From Patescibacteria group bacterium (GTDB taxonomy: Bacteria > Patescibacteriota > JABMPQ01): a stretch of DNA of 64,000 bases. The notes beneath the pieces are model-generated. The model had not been told where the DNA came from. It saw only the letters and a program-made list of their open reading frames with translations, and searched no databases. The stretch spans positions 21,408-85,407 of the forward strand of contig JBGTBM010000007.1 in assembly GCA_041749335.1 (NCBI GenBank), given 5' to 3'. Positions 9,435-18,695 of the stretch are shown here, one piece after another (position 1 is the stretch's first letter; every line of letters begins with the position of its first letter). A program made the position numbers and the translations under genes.

Positions 9435-11864
9435 TTATATTGTGGCAAGAGAAGCTACCTCATCACCCGATTTTAAGCGCATCAAGCGAACTCCCTGCGT
9501 AGCGCGATTTAAATCCGGAATTTGATCAATCTCAATTCTGATCACTTGTCCCTTTTTTGAAATTATTATTACCTCATCTTCTTCAGTACCGACGACTTCG
9601 CCTTTAATTATTTCTCCATTTTTTGGGGTAATTTTAGCTGTCGTTATTCCCGTTCCGGCTCTTTTTTGAGCGCGATATTGAGTTAGTTCAGTTCGCTTTC
9701 CATATCCCTGGCGGGTAATTATCATTAGCTTGTCTTTTTTACGAGATTGGCTGATTACGCCCATACCGATAACCTGATCATTTTTCTTTTTAAATCTGAT
9801 CCCGGTTACTCCCGAAGCATTGCGTCCCATTGGTCGGACATCTTGCTCTTTAAACCTGATTGACATGCCTTGAGATGAAACTAAAATTATTTCATCCTGG
9901 CCGGTTGAAGGCTTAACCCATTTAAGCTCATCTCCCTTTTTTATTTTACAGGCGATTAGACCTGATTTTCTAACATTGGAGAGATCTTCAATTGATACTT
10001 TTTTAATTACTCCATTGATAGTTGCCATCACTAAAAATTTTGCACTTTTAATGTTGTCCAGAGGTACGATGGCGGTAGCTTTTTCTTCGGGAGAAAGCTG
10101 CAGAAAATTTACAATCGATTGACCCTTGGCTGTTCTGGTTGATTTGGGTATATCATATGCTTTTAATTGAAAAACTCTGCCGGTACTGGTAAAAAATAAA
10201 ATATCAGAATGAGTATTGGTAACAAAGAAATTTCGAACCATATCTTCCTCTTTTGTGACCATGCCGATTACGCCTTTGCCACCTCGAGCCTGTGATTTAT
10301 ATGTGTCAGGCGGAAGGCTTTTGATATAACCGCCCTTGGTAAGGGTGATCAATACGTCTTCTTTAGGAACTAAATCTTGCGGTGAAAAAGAATCAACCGG
10401 AGAAGCGATTACTTTTGTTTTGCGGGCATCGGCGTATTTTTCTTTAATTTCCAAGAGTTCGGTCTTAACCAAGGCCAGAATATTTTTAACGCTGCTTAAT
10501 AATTTTTCCAATTGTTTGATCAAAATTTTCTTTTCTTCTAATTCGTCCTCGATTTTTCTTCTTTCCAAGGCGGCCAATTGGGATAATTTCATTTCCAAAA
10601 TCGCTTCTGCTTGTCGATCGGTAAATTTGAATTTTTTAACTAAATTCTTATGTGCCTCTTCCTTATTTTTTGATTTTTTAATTAAAGCAATGATTTCATC
10701 GATGTGATCCAGCGCCTTTTTCAAACCTTCTAAAATATGAGCGCGCTCTTTGGCCTTATTAAGTTCAAATTGCGCTCGGCGGGTTACCACTACTTGGCGG
10801 TGCTTGATATACTGTTCCAAAATCATTTTAAGATTAAGAACCTTAGGTTGGATTCCATCTATCAGAGCTATCATATTGGAATGAAATTTATCCTGCAGCT
10901 GGGTTAGAGTAAATAATCTATTAAGCACTTTCTTGGGGAACGCATCTTTTTTAAGCTCAATCACCACTCTAATTCCATCTTTGTCTGATTCATCGCGCAA
11001 GTCTTTAATTCCTTCAATCTTTTTAGTTTTTACCAAATCAGCAATTTTTTCAATTAAAGTAGCTTTATTAACCTGAAAAGGAATTTCATTGATGATAATA
11101 TTAAAAGTGCCCTTTTTTTGCTCTTGAATTTCGGTTTTAGCCCGCATAACAATCCCGCCTTTGCCGGTGGCATATACTTGAGTAATGTCGTTTTTATTAA
11201 AAATTATTCCTCCGGTGGGGAAGTCCGGTCCTTTTATAAATTGCATTAAATCTTCTACGGTGCTTTTAGGCTTATCAATAAGAGTAATCGTGCCATCAAT
11301 TAATTCTCCCAAATTGTGCGGCGGTATATTGGTAGCCATGCCGACTGCGATTCCTACCGTTCCATTCAAAAGCAAGTTGGGAATTTTGGCAGGCATTACG
11401 ATCGGTTCTTTTTGAGTCTGATCAAAATTGTCCATGAAATCAATCGTGTCTTTATCGATATCAAAAAGCATTTCATCAGCGATTCGTTCCAGCTTAACCT
11501 CAGTATAGCGCATGGCTGCAGCCGGATCTCCATCAATGGATCCGAAATTTCCTTGGCCATTTATCAGCGTGTAGCGCAAAGAAAATTCTTGCGCCATTCG
11601 GACTAGCGATTCGTATACGGCCGCATCTCCATGGGGGTGATATTTACCCAAAACTTCACCGACTACGGTAGCCGATTTTCTAAATTTGGCATTGTGCCTC
11701 AATCCCAATGTCCACATGGCATAAAGAATTCTTCGATGGACCGGCTTTAGGCCATCCCTAACATCGGGGAGTGCACGCGACACAATTACACTCATAGCGT
11801 AATCCAAATAAGATTCCTGCATTTCTTCCACGATTGGACGAGGTTTTATGTATCCTATTTCCAT
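9435..11864 (-). CDS. gyrA: DNA gyrase subunit A
   Basis: Topo IIA breakage-reunion domain with active-site Tyr region (AAAMRYTE). GyrA-box-like C-terminal beta-pinwheel repeats. 809 aa. Confidence 0.9.
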   Translation of the reverse strand: MEIGYIKPRPIVEEMQESYLDYAMSVIVSRALPDVRDGLKPVHRRILYAMWTLGLRHNAKFRKSATVVGEVLGKYHPHGDAAVYESLVRMAQEFSLRYTLINGQGNFGSIDGDPAAAMRYTEVKLERIADEMLFDIDKDTIDFMDNFDQTQKEPIVMPAKIPNLLLNGTVGIAVGMATNIPPHNLGELIDGTITLIDKPKSTVEDLMQFIKGPDFPTGGIIFNKNDITQVYATGKGGIVMRAKTEIQEQKKGTFNIIINEIPFQVNKATLIEKIADLVKTKKIEGIKDLRDESDKDGIRVVIELKKDAFPKKVLNRLFTLTQLQDKFHSNMIALIDGIQPKVLNLKMILEQYIKHRQVVVTRRAQFELNKAKERAHILEGLKKALDHIDEIIALIKKSKNKEEAHKNLVKKFKFTDRQAEAILEMKLSQLAALERRKIEDELEEKKILIKQLEKLLSSVKNILALVKTELLEIKEKYADARKTKVIASPVDSFSPQDLVPKEDVLITLTKGGYIKSLPPDTYKSQARGGKGVIGMVTKEEDMVRNFFVTNTHSDILFFTSTGRVFQLKAYDIPKSTRTAKGQSIVNFLQLSPEEKATAIVPLDNIKSAKFLVMATINGVIKKVSIEDLSNVRKSGLIACKIKKGDELKWVKPSTGQDEIILVSSQGMSIRFKEQDVRPMGRNASGVTGIRFKKKNDQVIGMGVISQSRKKDKLMIITRQGYGKRTELTQYRAQKRAGTGITTAKITPKNGEIIKGEVVGTEEDEVIIISKKGQVIRIEIDQIPDLNRATQGVRLMRLKSGDEVASLATI

Positions 11865-11885
11865 ATTGTTTTTAATTAAAAAAAA

Positions 11886-12263
11886 TTAATCTTTTTCTAG
11901 AGGCAATCTAATCATTTCGCGGTCTTCATCGCTACTAAAAATATCTTCGATAGAAGTTTCATTCTGCAGAGTGTCGTTTTGCTCATTTTGAATAATGCTT
12001 TCCAGGTTAAAATTTTCTTCAAAATTATCAAGAATTTTTAAACTATCCATATATTGGTCAAATTCTTGATTTTCTTCACTATTATAAAATTCATCTTTTA
12101 AACCCGTTAAGCTTTTTTGGCCTTCATTGTTTCCTAAATAATCTTTGGGAAATACCGTGATCCATAGAATAAAAATTATTACGGTGGAAGTACAAACAGA
12201 AATCCAGAGCAACCTCCTTTTTTCTTTAGGAGTTTTATTTTGTAATTTACTAAAAATTGGCAT
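11886..12263 (-). CDS. Hypothetical membrane-anchored acidic protein
   Basis: ORF of 125 aa with one N-terminal TM segment and an acidic C-terminus. Overlaps the upstream gene's stop by 1 nt. Confidence 0.45.
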   Translation of the reverse strand: MPIFSKLQNKTPKEKRRLLWISVCTSTVIIFILWITVFPKDYLGNNEGQKSLTGLKDEFYNSEENQEFDQYMDSLKILDNFEENFNLESIIQNEQNDTLQNETSIEDIFSSDEDREMIRLPLEKD

Positions 12264-12904
12264 TAGCGTATATTTTCCAATAAGACAATTTTGGTATCTT
12301 CGCTGGGTAAATCTTTGTGCTTAATGGCCAACTTAGGCTCCGGTTTAATGTTTTCCTGGCCCATTTCAGACAAAAAGTCATTAACATTATTTAGTTTAGC
12401 CTTTAATCTTTTATCGTAAAAATGCATAGGAATAACGATGCGCGGACCAATCGCGCTTATAATATCCATCAGATGTTCAATTTTTAGAGTGTTGACCTCT
12501 CCTACGGGCGCTAAAAGAATATCTACGGCACCGATTCGTTCAATTTGTTTAGCGGATAATTCATGCCCTAAATCTCCCAAGTGGCAAATTTTTATTTTTT
12601 CTATTTCAAAAATATAGATAGTGTTTATCCCTAATTCTTCTCCCTCTTTGTTATCATGAAAAGAAGATATTCCTTTGACAAAAACGCCCTTGCGCTCATA
12701 TTCTCCCGGTCCGTCTATTATAAAGGGATCATCCTTAATACTTATAAGATTGTTATGGTTTTCGTGATTATGGCTAATAGTTACAATGTTAGCTTTGGTT
12801 TTTAATGGAGCAAGGCCGGAAGACTTACCGTACGGATCGGTGATTACGGTGATATCTTTAGATAGAAATTTAAAGCATGAAAGGCCGTACCAAAATAATT
12901 GCAT
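12263..12904 (-). CDS. MBL-fold metallo-hydrolase
   Basis: Metallo-beta-lactamase motif region (ISHNHENHNN ... HLGDLGH). Confidence 0.75.
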   Translation of the reverse strand: MQLFWYGLSCFKFLSKDITVITDPYGKSSGLAPLKTKANIVTISHNHENHNNLISIKDDPFIIDGPGEYERKGVFVKGISSFHDNKEGEELGINTIYIFEIEKIKICHLGDLGHELSAKQIERIGAVDILLAPVGEVNTLKIEHLMDIISAIGPRIVIPMHFYDKRLKAKLNNVNDFLSEMGQENIKPEPKLAIKHKDLPSEDTKIVLLENIR

Positions 12905-13110
12905 AATTTTATATTATTTTCTGTATTAAAAATAAAAAATCAAGTAAGATTTCTTAATAATATTAGCATGAACCTTAAGTGAATACAAGTATGAAATTTC
13001 AGCTTTTTTGAATGCAAAATAACCGGCTTTGTCGAATAATGTTGTTTAAATATTAATACAACCGGGGGAGGGCAGATAAAAGCTCAAATTTTGAAAATAT
13101 TATTAAAGTA

Positions 13111-13139
13111 TTGCAACAAATATAATATTGATATAGAAT
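13111..13139 (+). promoter_or_regulatory. Candidate sigma70-type promoter for rpsA (TTGCAA-17-TAGAAT)
   Basis: -35 TTGCAA at 13111-13116, a 17-nt spacer, -10 TAGAAT at 13134-13139. Ribosome-binding site AAAGGAG lies about 8 nt before the ATG at 13173. Confidence 0.35.
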
Positions 13140-13172
13140 TGTTTCAAAACCATAGAAAGGAGTAACCAAAAA

Positions 13173-14504
13173 ATGGCTACTAAATTAGTTGAAAAAAACG
13201 AAAAACCCTCTGATTTGGGGGATTTGGTCGAATTAAAAACCGAAGAAATCAAAGAAGAGGAGCGGGCTGAAACAGATGAGTTTATTAATAAAGTAAAAGC
13301 CCAAAATATTCCCAAGGTTGGAGAAAAAATCGAGGGTAAGATTTTAGATTCCACTAAAAATGAAGTTTTTATTGATTTGGGTAATTTCGGAGTTGGTGTA
13401 GTGCGCGGCCGAGAGTTATGGGAAGCGTTGGACGTTTATCGGGAATTTAACACCGGTGAAGGTGTAGAGGCGGAAATTGTTGATATGGAAAACGAATTGG
13501 GTATGATGGAGCTGTCGTTCAAAAAGACTTCAAAAGAACAAGCCTGGAAAGAATTGAAAGAAAAGATGAATAAAGAAGAATTAGTAACTGTCAAAGTACA
13601 GGAAGTTAATAAGGGCGGTCTTTTGACAAGCCTATGCGGCATCCCAGCATTTTTGCCTGTTTCGCAGCTTTCTTCCGAGCATTATCCTAGAGTGGAAAAT
13701 GGCGATACCAGCAAGATATTAAATATTTTGCGGGAATTTATCGGACGAAAATTAGATGTAAAGATTATTACCGTTGATCAAAAGGAAAATAAGCTGATAC
13801 TGTCAGAAAAGAAAGTGGTCTTTGACGAGCAAAAGAAGCACATGAAGAAAATCAAGGTAGGTAAAATAGTTAACGGAACCGTATCTGGCGTAGTGGACTT
13901 TGGCGCTTTCGTTAAATTTGATAATTTGGAAGGCTTAGTACATATATCTGAACTTTCCTGGCAGCGCATTAATAATCCGGACGAAGTGGTAAAAATTGGA
14001 GATAGCGTTAAGGCGGAAGTGATCGGTATTGATGATACTAAGATCACCTTAAGCATGAAAAAATTGCAAAAAGATCCCTGGATTGAAGCGGTCAAAAAGT
14101 ATCAAGTCGGTGAAATTGTTGATGGCGAAGTAATTAAGACCGCACCTTACGGCGCCTTTATCCAGCTTGATAAAGATGTGCATGGATTAGCTCATGTTTC
14201 AGAATTATCAGAAAAGAAAGTGGAAAGAACGGAAAACGTAGTTAGTATCGGTGATAAGCATAAATTTAAGATTCTATCCATTGATCCGGAAGAACACCGT
14301 TTGGGATTAAGCCTCAAAGCGGCCAAGGATAAGAAGGTTGAAATGGCAGTGGAAGAAGTAAAAGAAGATGTAAAGGTTTCCAAAGAAAAGAAAGCAACTG
14401 CAAAAAGCGCAAAAGAAGCTAAAGAGAAGAAACCAGAAAAGAAAGCAAAAAAGAAAGTCAAACCGGCGAAGAAAAAAGCGGTGAAGAAAGAAGATAAGCA
14501 ATAA
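13173..14504 (+). CDS. rpsA: 30S ribosomal protein S1 (four S1 domains) with Lys-rich C-terminal tail
   Basis: Repeated S1 OB-fold modules (GxV..V..FGAFV... patterns). The C-terminal 60 aa is a K/E/A low-complexity tail. Confidence 0.85.
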   Translation: MATKLVEKNEKPSDLGDLVELKTEEIKEEERAETDEFINKVKAQNIPKVGEKIEGKILDSTKNEVFIDLGNFGVGVVRGRELWEALDVYREFNTGEGVEAEIVDMENELGMMELSFKKTSKEQAWKELKEKMNKEELVTVKVQEVNKGGLLTSLCGIPAFLPVSQLSSEHYPRVENGDTSKILNILREFIGRKLDVKIITVDQKENKLILSEKKVVFDEQKKHMKKIKVGKIVNGTVSGVVDFGAFVKFDNLEGLVHISELSWQRINNPDEVVKIGDSVKAEVIGIDDTKITLSMKKLQKDPWIEAVKKYQVGEIVDGEVIKTAPYGAFIQLDKDVHGLAHVSELSEKKVERTENVVSIGDKHKFKILSIDPEEHRLGLSLKAAKDKKVEMAVEEVKEDVKVSKEKKATAKSAKEAKEKKPEKKAKKKVKPAKKKAVKKEDKQ

Positions 14505-14520
14505 TCGGATTAAATAAAAA

Positions 14521-14547
14521 AGACAGCCCAATACGGGCTGTCTTTTC
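14521..14547 (+). terminator. Rho-independent terminator of rpsA (AGACAGCCC-AATAC-GGGCTGTCT-TTTT)
   Basis: Perfect 9-bp stem, 5-nt loop, T-tract. Read directly from the sequence. Confidence 0.65.
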
Positions 14548-14640
14548 TTTTAATAAAGTCAATCATTAAAACAGAAAAAAAGCCAACGGTACTTTCCGAA
14601 TTTTCGGATTTCGCGCTGGCTTGCTGTTAAAATAATATAT

Positions 14641-15369
14641 TTAAGCAGCGACTACTATGCGTATTCTGCTTGTACTGATAGTATCCATCCAAATGGGTTT
14701 AAGATACCACATACCGCCACTAAGATGTGAGAGTCCATAGATCCGGATATATCCAGTCGATGTTTTCCATGCAGTTCCCACAAAGGCCAAAAAATATTTG
14801 CGCCATGACTTTGGGATTGAAACTCCACCATTTTGCGATATAAGGTTATTTTCCAAAAGCATGGCACAAGCGTGTCGTGCTCCCAGTAGGGTAACATCTG
14901 CTTTTTTTATATTTTGGTTTAAATGGTCAAAAGACAGCAAATCTCCTTCATTTTTAAAAGGGAACCAAAGTTTTGCACCTGGACTTGCGTGCTCATCTAC
15001 ATCTTGAATAAGCTCCCACCCTTTCTCTAGGGGCGGCTCCTTTTCTTGGATATGGTACATCCAACCATTTTCATCAATGATCTGAATCATCTGCATAAGA
15101 GACGCATATTTACTACCTTTGTGAGGAATTTTCCAACATGTAATAGGATAAGTTTCTTCAGGGGTGCGATGAATAACACCAAGGTGCTCGAGGAGATCGG
15201 CAACCGAATTTATTGCTATCTCCTTACGGTAATCTTCATCCTTATCTTTTCCCTCAATAATTTTAATAAGTTCATTGACTTTTTGATCACTTAGACAATG
15301 ACCCTGTGCGACTGACAATGGGAGTACACGTTCGAAAAGAGCTATAAGGCGAGAATTCTGATCTTGCAT
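14641..15369 (-). CDS. Hypothetical protein (no recognised family). Start refined to the MQDQ... codon
   Basis: The ORF track begins at 15396. The ATG at 15369 is preceded by AAGGAGGAATACA, a strong ribosome-binding site. Local GC is about 43%, against 35-37% in neighbouring genes. Confidence 0.55.
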   Translation of the reverse strand: MQDQNSRLIALFERVLPLSVAQGHCLSDQKVNELIKIIEGKDKDEDYRKEIAINSVADLLEHLGVIHRTPEETYPITCWKIPHKGSKYASLMQMIQIIDENGWMYHIQEKEPPLEKGWELIQDVDEHASPGAKLWFPFKNEGDLLSFDHLNQNIKKADVTLLGARHACAMLLENNLISQNGGVSIPKSWRKYFLAFVGTAWKTSTGYIRIYGLSHLSGGMWYLKPIWMDTISTSRIRIVVAA

Positions 15370-15404
15370 TGTATTCCTCCTTTTTTCAAGGTACATGTCG
15401 AGTA

Positions 15405-15460
15405 TGTATTGACATAAGCGACATTAAAAGATAGCATAAATATGTAAATAAGTCAATACA
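15405..15460. promoter_or_regulatory. Divergent intergenic region with a 9-bp perfect inverted repeat (TGTATTGAC...GTCAATACA) and ATGTCGA direct repeats. Candidate operator and promoters
   Basis: Seen directly. TGTATTGAC at 15405-15413 and GTCAATACA at 15452-15460 flank a TTGACA-like element. ATGTCGA is found at 15395-15401 and 15462-15468. Confidence 0.3.
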
Positions 15461-15461
15461 A

Positions 15462-16247
15462 ATGTCGACAGAAGACCGACAAAAAAAAATAACAGATATT
15501 TTAAATAAATTGAATTTATCTTCAAAAGAAATCGAAGTGTTATTAGCTTTACTAAAAAATGGTCGTTCTAGTGCATCTGATATTTCATATTTAATTATGA
15601 ATATTACACGTACTTCTATATATGATCAGCTTTATTCGCTTGAAAAAAAGGGATTTATTAGTACTGTGATTGAAAAAAGAAAAAAATTATATCAACCAGA
15701 AAATTTGGAACACATTGTTGAGAGTCTAGAACAAGATAAGCGTGAAATAGAACAAAAGCAAAAAGCATTACGTAGCGTATCAGATATATATGAACAGATG
15801 AAAAGCGGCACAGCTTATCGTCCAAGTGTTCGAACTTTTAAAGGTAAAAATGGTATTCTGGCAGTCCATCGTGAATTGCAAGATGCAAGAAAAAAATTAT
15901 ACGCAATCGGTGATCTAGCTGCAGTGATGCGTATTTTTCCCGATGTGCAAATAGAAGATAATTTAAAAGATTTTCAAACATATAAAATTTTACGTAAAAG
16001 TTTAATGGTTCATAATACATCAGGTGAAAAGTACCTTAAAGTCGCTCCACAAACCAATTTTCACAAAATTCGATGGTTACCAAAAGGTACGACCGTAAAT
16101 ACAGATACTTTGATTTGGGATGGACACGTGGCTATTATTGACTATATTGAGCCTATAAATGCAGTTGTTATTGATAATCCAACTATATATGATACTTTCA
16201 ATGATTGGTTTGAACTTATATGGAAATCCAGCGAGGATATAAACTAA
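15462..16247 (+). CDS. TrmB-family (winged-HTH) transcriptional regulator with C-terminal effector domain
   Basis: N-terminal segment LSSKEIEVLLALLKNGRSSASDISYLIMNITRTSIYDQLYSLEKKGFI matches the TrmB/MarR-like wHTH. About 28% GC with codon style different from its neighbours. Confidence 0.6.
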   Translation: MSTEDRQKKITDILNKLNLSSKEIEVLLALLKNGRSSASDISYLIMNITRTSIYDQLYSLEKKGFISTVIEKRKKLYQPENLEHIVESLEQDKREIEQKQKALRSVSDIYEQMKSGTAYRPSVRTFKGKNGILAVHRELQDARKKLYAIGDLAAVMRIFPDVQIEDNLKDFQTYKILRKSLMVHNTSGEKYLKVAPQTNFHKIRWLPKGTTVNTDTLIWDGHVAIIDYIEPINAVVIDNPTIYDTFNDWFELIWKSSEDIN

Positions 16248-16260
16248 TTTTTATAACATA

Positions 16261-16287
16261 AGACAGCCTGATATGGGCTGTCTTTTA
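16261..16287 (+). terminator. Rho-independent terminator (AGACAGCC-TGATATG-GGCTGTCT-TTT), near-copy of the rpsA terminator
   Basis: Hairpin read directly. The stem sequence is almost identical to 14521-14547. Confidence 0.55.
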
Positions 16288-16356
16288 GTTTATTTTAATT
16301 TGATTTTATCATGATAAAAATGGTATAATTGTATAAATTATCTTTGAATATTTTTT

Positions 16357-16911
16357 ATGCCAATAAAATTACCCGGTAAAAAGATAAACCTGCGTACTTT
16401 AAAAAAATCGGATGCCGATTCAATTTTTAAGTATATTAAAGACAGCCGGGTAGCGAAGTATTTAAATACACCGAATCCCTATAAATTAAAAGATGCCTAC
16501 GAATATATTAGAAAAACTGAAAGGGAATTGCGCAAGAAAGAATTATATAATTTTGGCATTGCCAGCAAGGATAATAATGAAATTATCGGGATGATAAGTC
16601 TAATGGATGTGGACTGGGAAAATAAAAAAGCCGAGATCGGCTACTGGCTGGCGAAGAAATATCAAGGCCGAAAGATTATGCCGGAAGCGATTAGCTTGAT
16701 ATTAAATTTTGGATTTAAAAAATTGAAACTACATAGAATTTATGCCAAAGTAATGCATTTTAATAAAAGATCAGCTAATCTTCTAGAAAAATTTGGTTTC
16801 AAATACGAAGGCAGATTGAGAAAAACCCACCATAGAAAAGGTAAGTGGCTGGATGAGCTAAGATATTCAATGTTAAAAAACGAATTTAAAATATATATTA
16901 ATAAAAAATAA
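16357..16911 (+). CDS. GNAT family N-acetyltransferase (RimJ/RimL-like)
   Basis: Acetyl-CoA binding motif region (IGYWLAKKYQGRKIMPEAI...). Confidence 0.75.
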   Translation: MPIKLPGKKINLRTLKKSDADSIFKYIKDSRVAKYLNTPNPYKLKDAYEYIRKTERELRKKELYNFGIASKDNNEIIGMISLMDVDWENKKAEIGYWLAKKYQGRKIMPEAISLILNFGFKKLKLHRIYAKVMHFNKRSANLLEKFGFKYEGRLRKTHHRKGKWLDELRYSMLKNEFKIYINKK

Positions 16912-16919
16912 CAAAAAAA

Positions 16920-17354
16920 ATGATCAATGAAATTAAAAATGAGCTTCAGAATCATAATGGAGAGTGGAGCGAGAAAAATGGCGTGCATGAATTCAAGGCT
17001 TTAATAGCGGAACGCAAGGCCTTTTTAAGTAAAAAGGAACTTAGTTATTCCGCCAGAGTAAAAATAGACGAGGCGGCAAAAATTGTTAAATTTTCAGAAA
17101 TGTTGATGGAAAAAGGATCCGGATTTTCCAGCGGCGGCGGATTTGATAGCGATATGTCAGTAGGCTTTGGCTTTAAAAAAGAAGTTTATAAAACTACGGG
17201 AGGAGCGCGCGAGGGATCAATTGAAGAGCAATACAATCTTTTCGGCAAAAAATATGAATACAAATTCGATTACAAAGAGATTCGAGCCAAAGTAGAGGGA
17301 ATAGCTCAAAAAGCAGGGTATCAGTTTGAATATCAGATATTGCCGGTAAAATAA
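16920..17354 (+). CDS. Hypothetical protein
   Basis: ORF of 144 aa. A terminator hairpin follows at 17369-17396. Confidence 0.45.
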   Translation: MINEIKNELQNHNGEWSEKNGVHEFKALIAERKAFLSKKELSYSARVKIDEAAKIVKFSEMLMEKGSGFSSGGGFDSDMSVGFGFKKEVYKTTGGAREGSIEEQYNLFGKKYEYKFDYKEIRAKVEGIAQKAGYQFEYQILPVK

Positions 17355-17368
17355 ATAAATTTAATAAA

Positions 17369-17396
17369 AGCTCTTCGGTTCCGAGGGGCTTTTTTA
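17369..17396 (+). terminator. Rho-independent terminator (AGCTCTTCGG-TT-CCGAGGGGCT + T6)
   Basis: Ten-bp stem with 2 G-U pairs and a T-tract. Confidence 0.5.
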
Positions 17397-17415
17397 ATAT
17401 TAAAAATGATAAATA

Positions 17416-17444
17416 TTGACAAAATTATAAATTAATTATATTAT
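17416..17444 (+). promoter_or_regulatory. Near-consensus sigma70 promoter (TTGACA-17-TATTAT)
   Basis: -35 TTGACA at 17416-17421, a 17-nt spacer, -10 TATTAT at 17439-17444. It lies about 30 nt upstream of the Cys-rich micro-ORF. Confidence 0.45.
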
Positions 17445-17474
17445 TCAAACGCACTTTTATCATAGGAGGGAGCG

Positions 17475-17636
17475 TTGAAGCTATATAAATGTGAGAAATG
17501 TCTGGATACCGGCTGTAAATGCAGGTTGTTGGGATATAGCTGCGAAGGCTGCTGTACATGTAAAACTGGGGACTTAACCAGATTAAGATATAAAGGCAAG
17601 GTTTTCAAGAAAGAAAACAATAAGCAAAAAAATTAA
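17475..17636 (+). CDS. Unannotated 53-aa cysteine-rich small protein (9 Cys; LKLYKCEKCLDTGCKCRLLGYSCEGCCTCKTGDLTRLRYKGKVFKKENNKQKN), TTG start
   Basis: AGGAGGGAG ribosome-binding site 5 nt before the TTG. Own consensus promoter upstream and a hairpin terminator at 17649-17676. Not in the ORF track, being under 60 aa with a TTG start. Confidence 0.45.
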   Translation: MKLYKCEKCLDTGCKCRLLGYSCEGCCTCKTGDLTRLRYKGKVFKKENNKQKN

Positions 17637-17648
17637 TGCAAATGCAAT

Positions 17649-17676
17649 ACCGCCGTATCGATCTGGCGGTTTTTTC
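17649..17676 (+). terminator. Hairpin plus T5 (ACCGCC-N10-GGCGGT-TTTTT) between the micro-ORF and tilS
   Basis: Seen directly. Only about 10 nt separate the T-tract from the tilS ATG. Confidence 0.45.
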
Positions 17677-17685
17677 TTAAATTTT

Positions 17686-18663
17686 ATGAATATCAAAGAA
17701 AAATTTTTAAAAACAATCAAAGAGCAAAAATTAATTAAAAGGGGCGATAGCATAATTGTCGGGGTTTCGGGTGGCGCCGATTCAATTTGTTTATTGACTC
17801 TTTTGAATTTGATAAAAAAGGAATGGAAATTAAAGCTTGGCGCAGTCCATATTAACTATAAAACCAGGGGGGCGGATTCAGAAAAAGATCAAAAGCTGGT
17901 TGAAAAATATTGCCGGCAGCAAAAAATCAAATTAAATATTATAAATTACAAAAAAGACAAATATTCAAAAAATATTGAGGAGGAATTTCGGAATTTTCGC
18001 TATCAATATTTTGAAACTATGCGTAAAAAATTAAAAGCCGAGATAATCGCTGTCGCGCATAACCAAAATGACCAAGCGGAAACTATGCTGATGTTTTTTT
18101 TGCGAGGATCGGGATTGAGAGGCCTGTCTGGAATTAAATATATTCAAGGAAAAATAGTTAGGCCGCTATTGGATATTAGCAAAGAGGAAATCTATGATTA
18201 TTTACGTGGCAATCAAGTGAGATATCGGGAGGATCTATCCAATCTTGAGCTAAAATACACTCGCAATAAAATTAGGCACGTGCTCATTCCGCTATTGGCA
18301 GCAGAATATAATCCGAATATTATTAATACCCTGGATTTAAATAGGGGGATTATCGCGGATGAATACGAATTTATTAATCATTCCGCAAAAGTTTTATTTA
18401 AAGCTCTAACAAAATGCAGCCAAGATCAGATAACTATTAATTTAAATAAATTTTTTGCGCTTTATCGCTCGCTGCAAAGAGAATTGATTAGGCTGGTATT
18501 TATTAGGCTGAAAAAAAATATTGCCAATATCAGCGTATTAGATATTGAAGAAATGCTGCGTGTGATGAAAGAGGGCAGAGAAGGCGCGGAACGCGTTATA
18601 AAAGGATTGCGATTTAAGAAAAAAGATGGCAGTATGGTGGTATATAAAGTTAAAAATTTATAA
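17686..18663 (+). CDS. tilS: tRNA(Ile)-lysidine synthetase
   Basis: PP-loop motif SGGADS in an N-type ATP pyrophosphatase fold. Canonical position upstream of ftsH. Confidence 0.85.
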   Translation: MNIKEKFLKTIKEQKLIKRGDSIIVGVSGGADSICLLTLLNLIKKEWKLKLGAVHINYKTRGADSEKDQKLVEKYCRQQKIKLNIINYKKDKYSKNIEEEFRNFRYQYFETMRKKLKAEIIAVAHNQNDQAETMLMFFLRGSGLRGLSGIKYIQGKIVRPLLDISKEEIYDYLRGNQVRYREDLSNLELKYTRNKIRHVLIPLLAAEYNPNIINTLDLNRGIIADEYEFINHSAKVLFKALTKCSQDQITINLNKFFALYRSLQRELIRLVFIRLKKNIANISVLDIEEMLRVMKEGREGAERVIKGLRFKKKDGSMVVYKVKNL

Positions 18664-18695
18664 AAATTAATTAATCAGCTTAATAAGAATATATC

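Noticed and set aside
12905-13172. A long AT-rich intergenic region upstream of rpsA was examined for a small RNA or S1 autoregulatory structure.
   Set aside because: Only a plausible promoter (TTGCAA-17-TAGAAT) and a ribosome-binding site were evident. No convincing conserved hairpins were found beyond generic AT-rich sequence.
14192-14531. Minus-strand Phe/Leu-rich ORFs opposite the end of rpsA. A similar one lies at 55163-55378, opposite the rpsP tail.
   Set aside because: They are antisense images of AAG/GAA-rich Lys/Glu tail coding sequence. They are not genes.
15370-15396. Upstream start (MYLEKRRNTM) for the 14641 minus-strand gene given by the ORF track.
   Set aside because: The AAGGAGG ribosome-binding site lies inside this extension, about 6-7 nt before the internal ATG at 15369. 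The longer form would therefore lack a ribosome-binding site.
17649-17686. Considered calling the Cys-rich micro-ORF a classical amino-acid-sensing attenuator leader for tilS-ftsH.
   Set aside because: Downstream genes are not cysteine biosynthesis genes. No alternative antiterminator structure overlapping the terminator was evident by eye. It is kept as an open possibility in the findings rather than as a feature.
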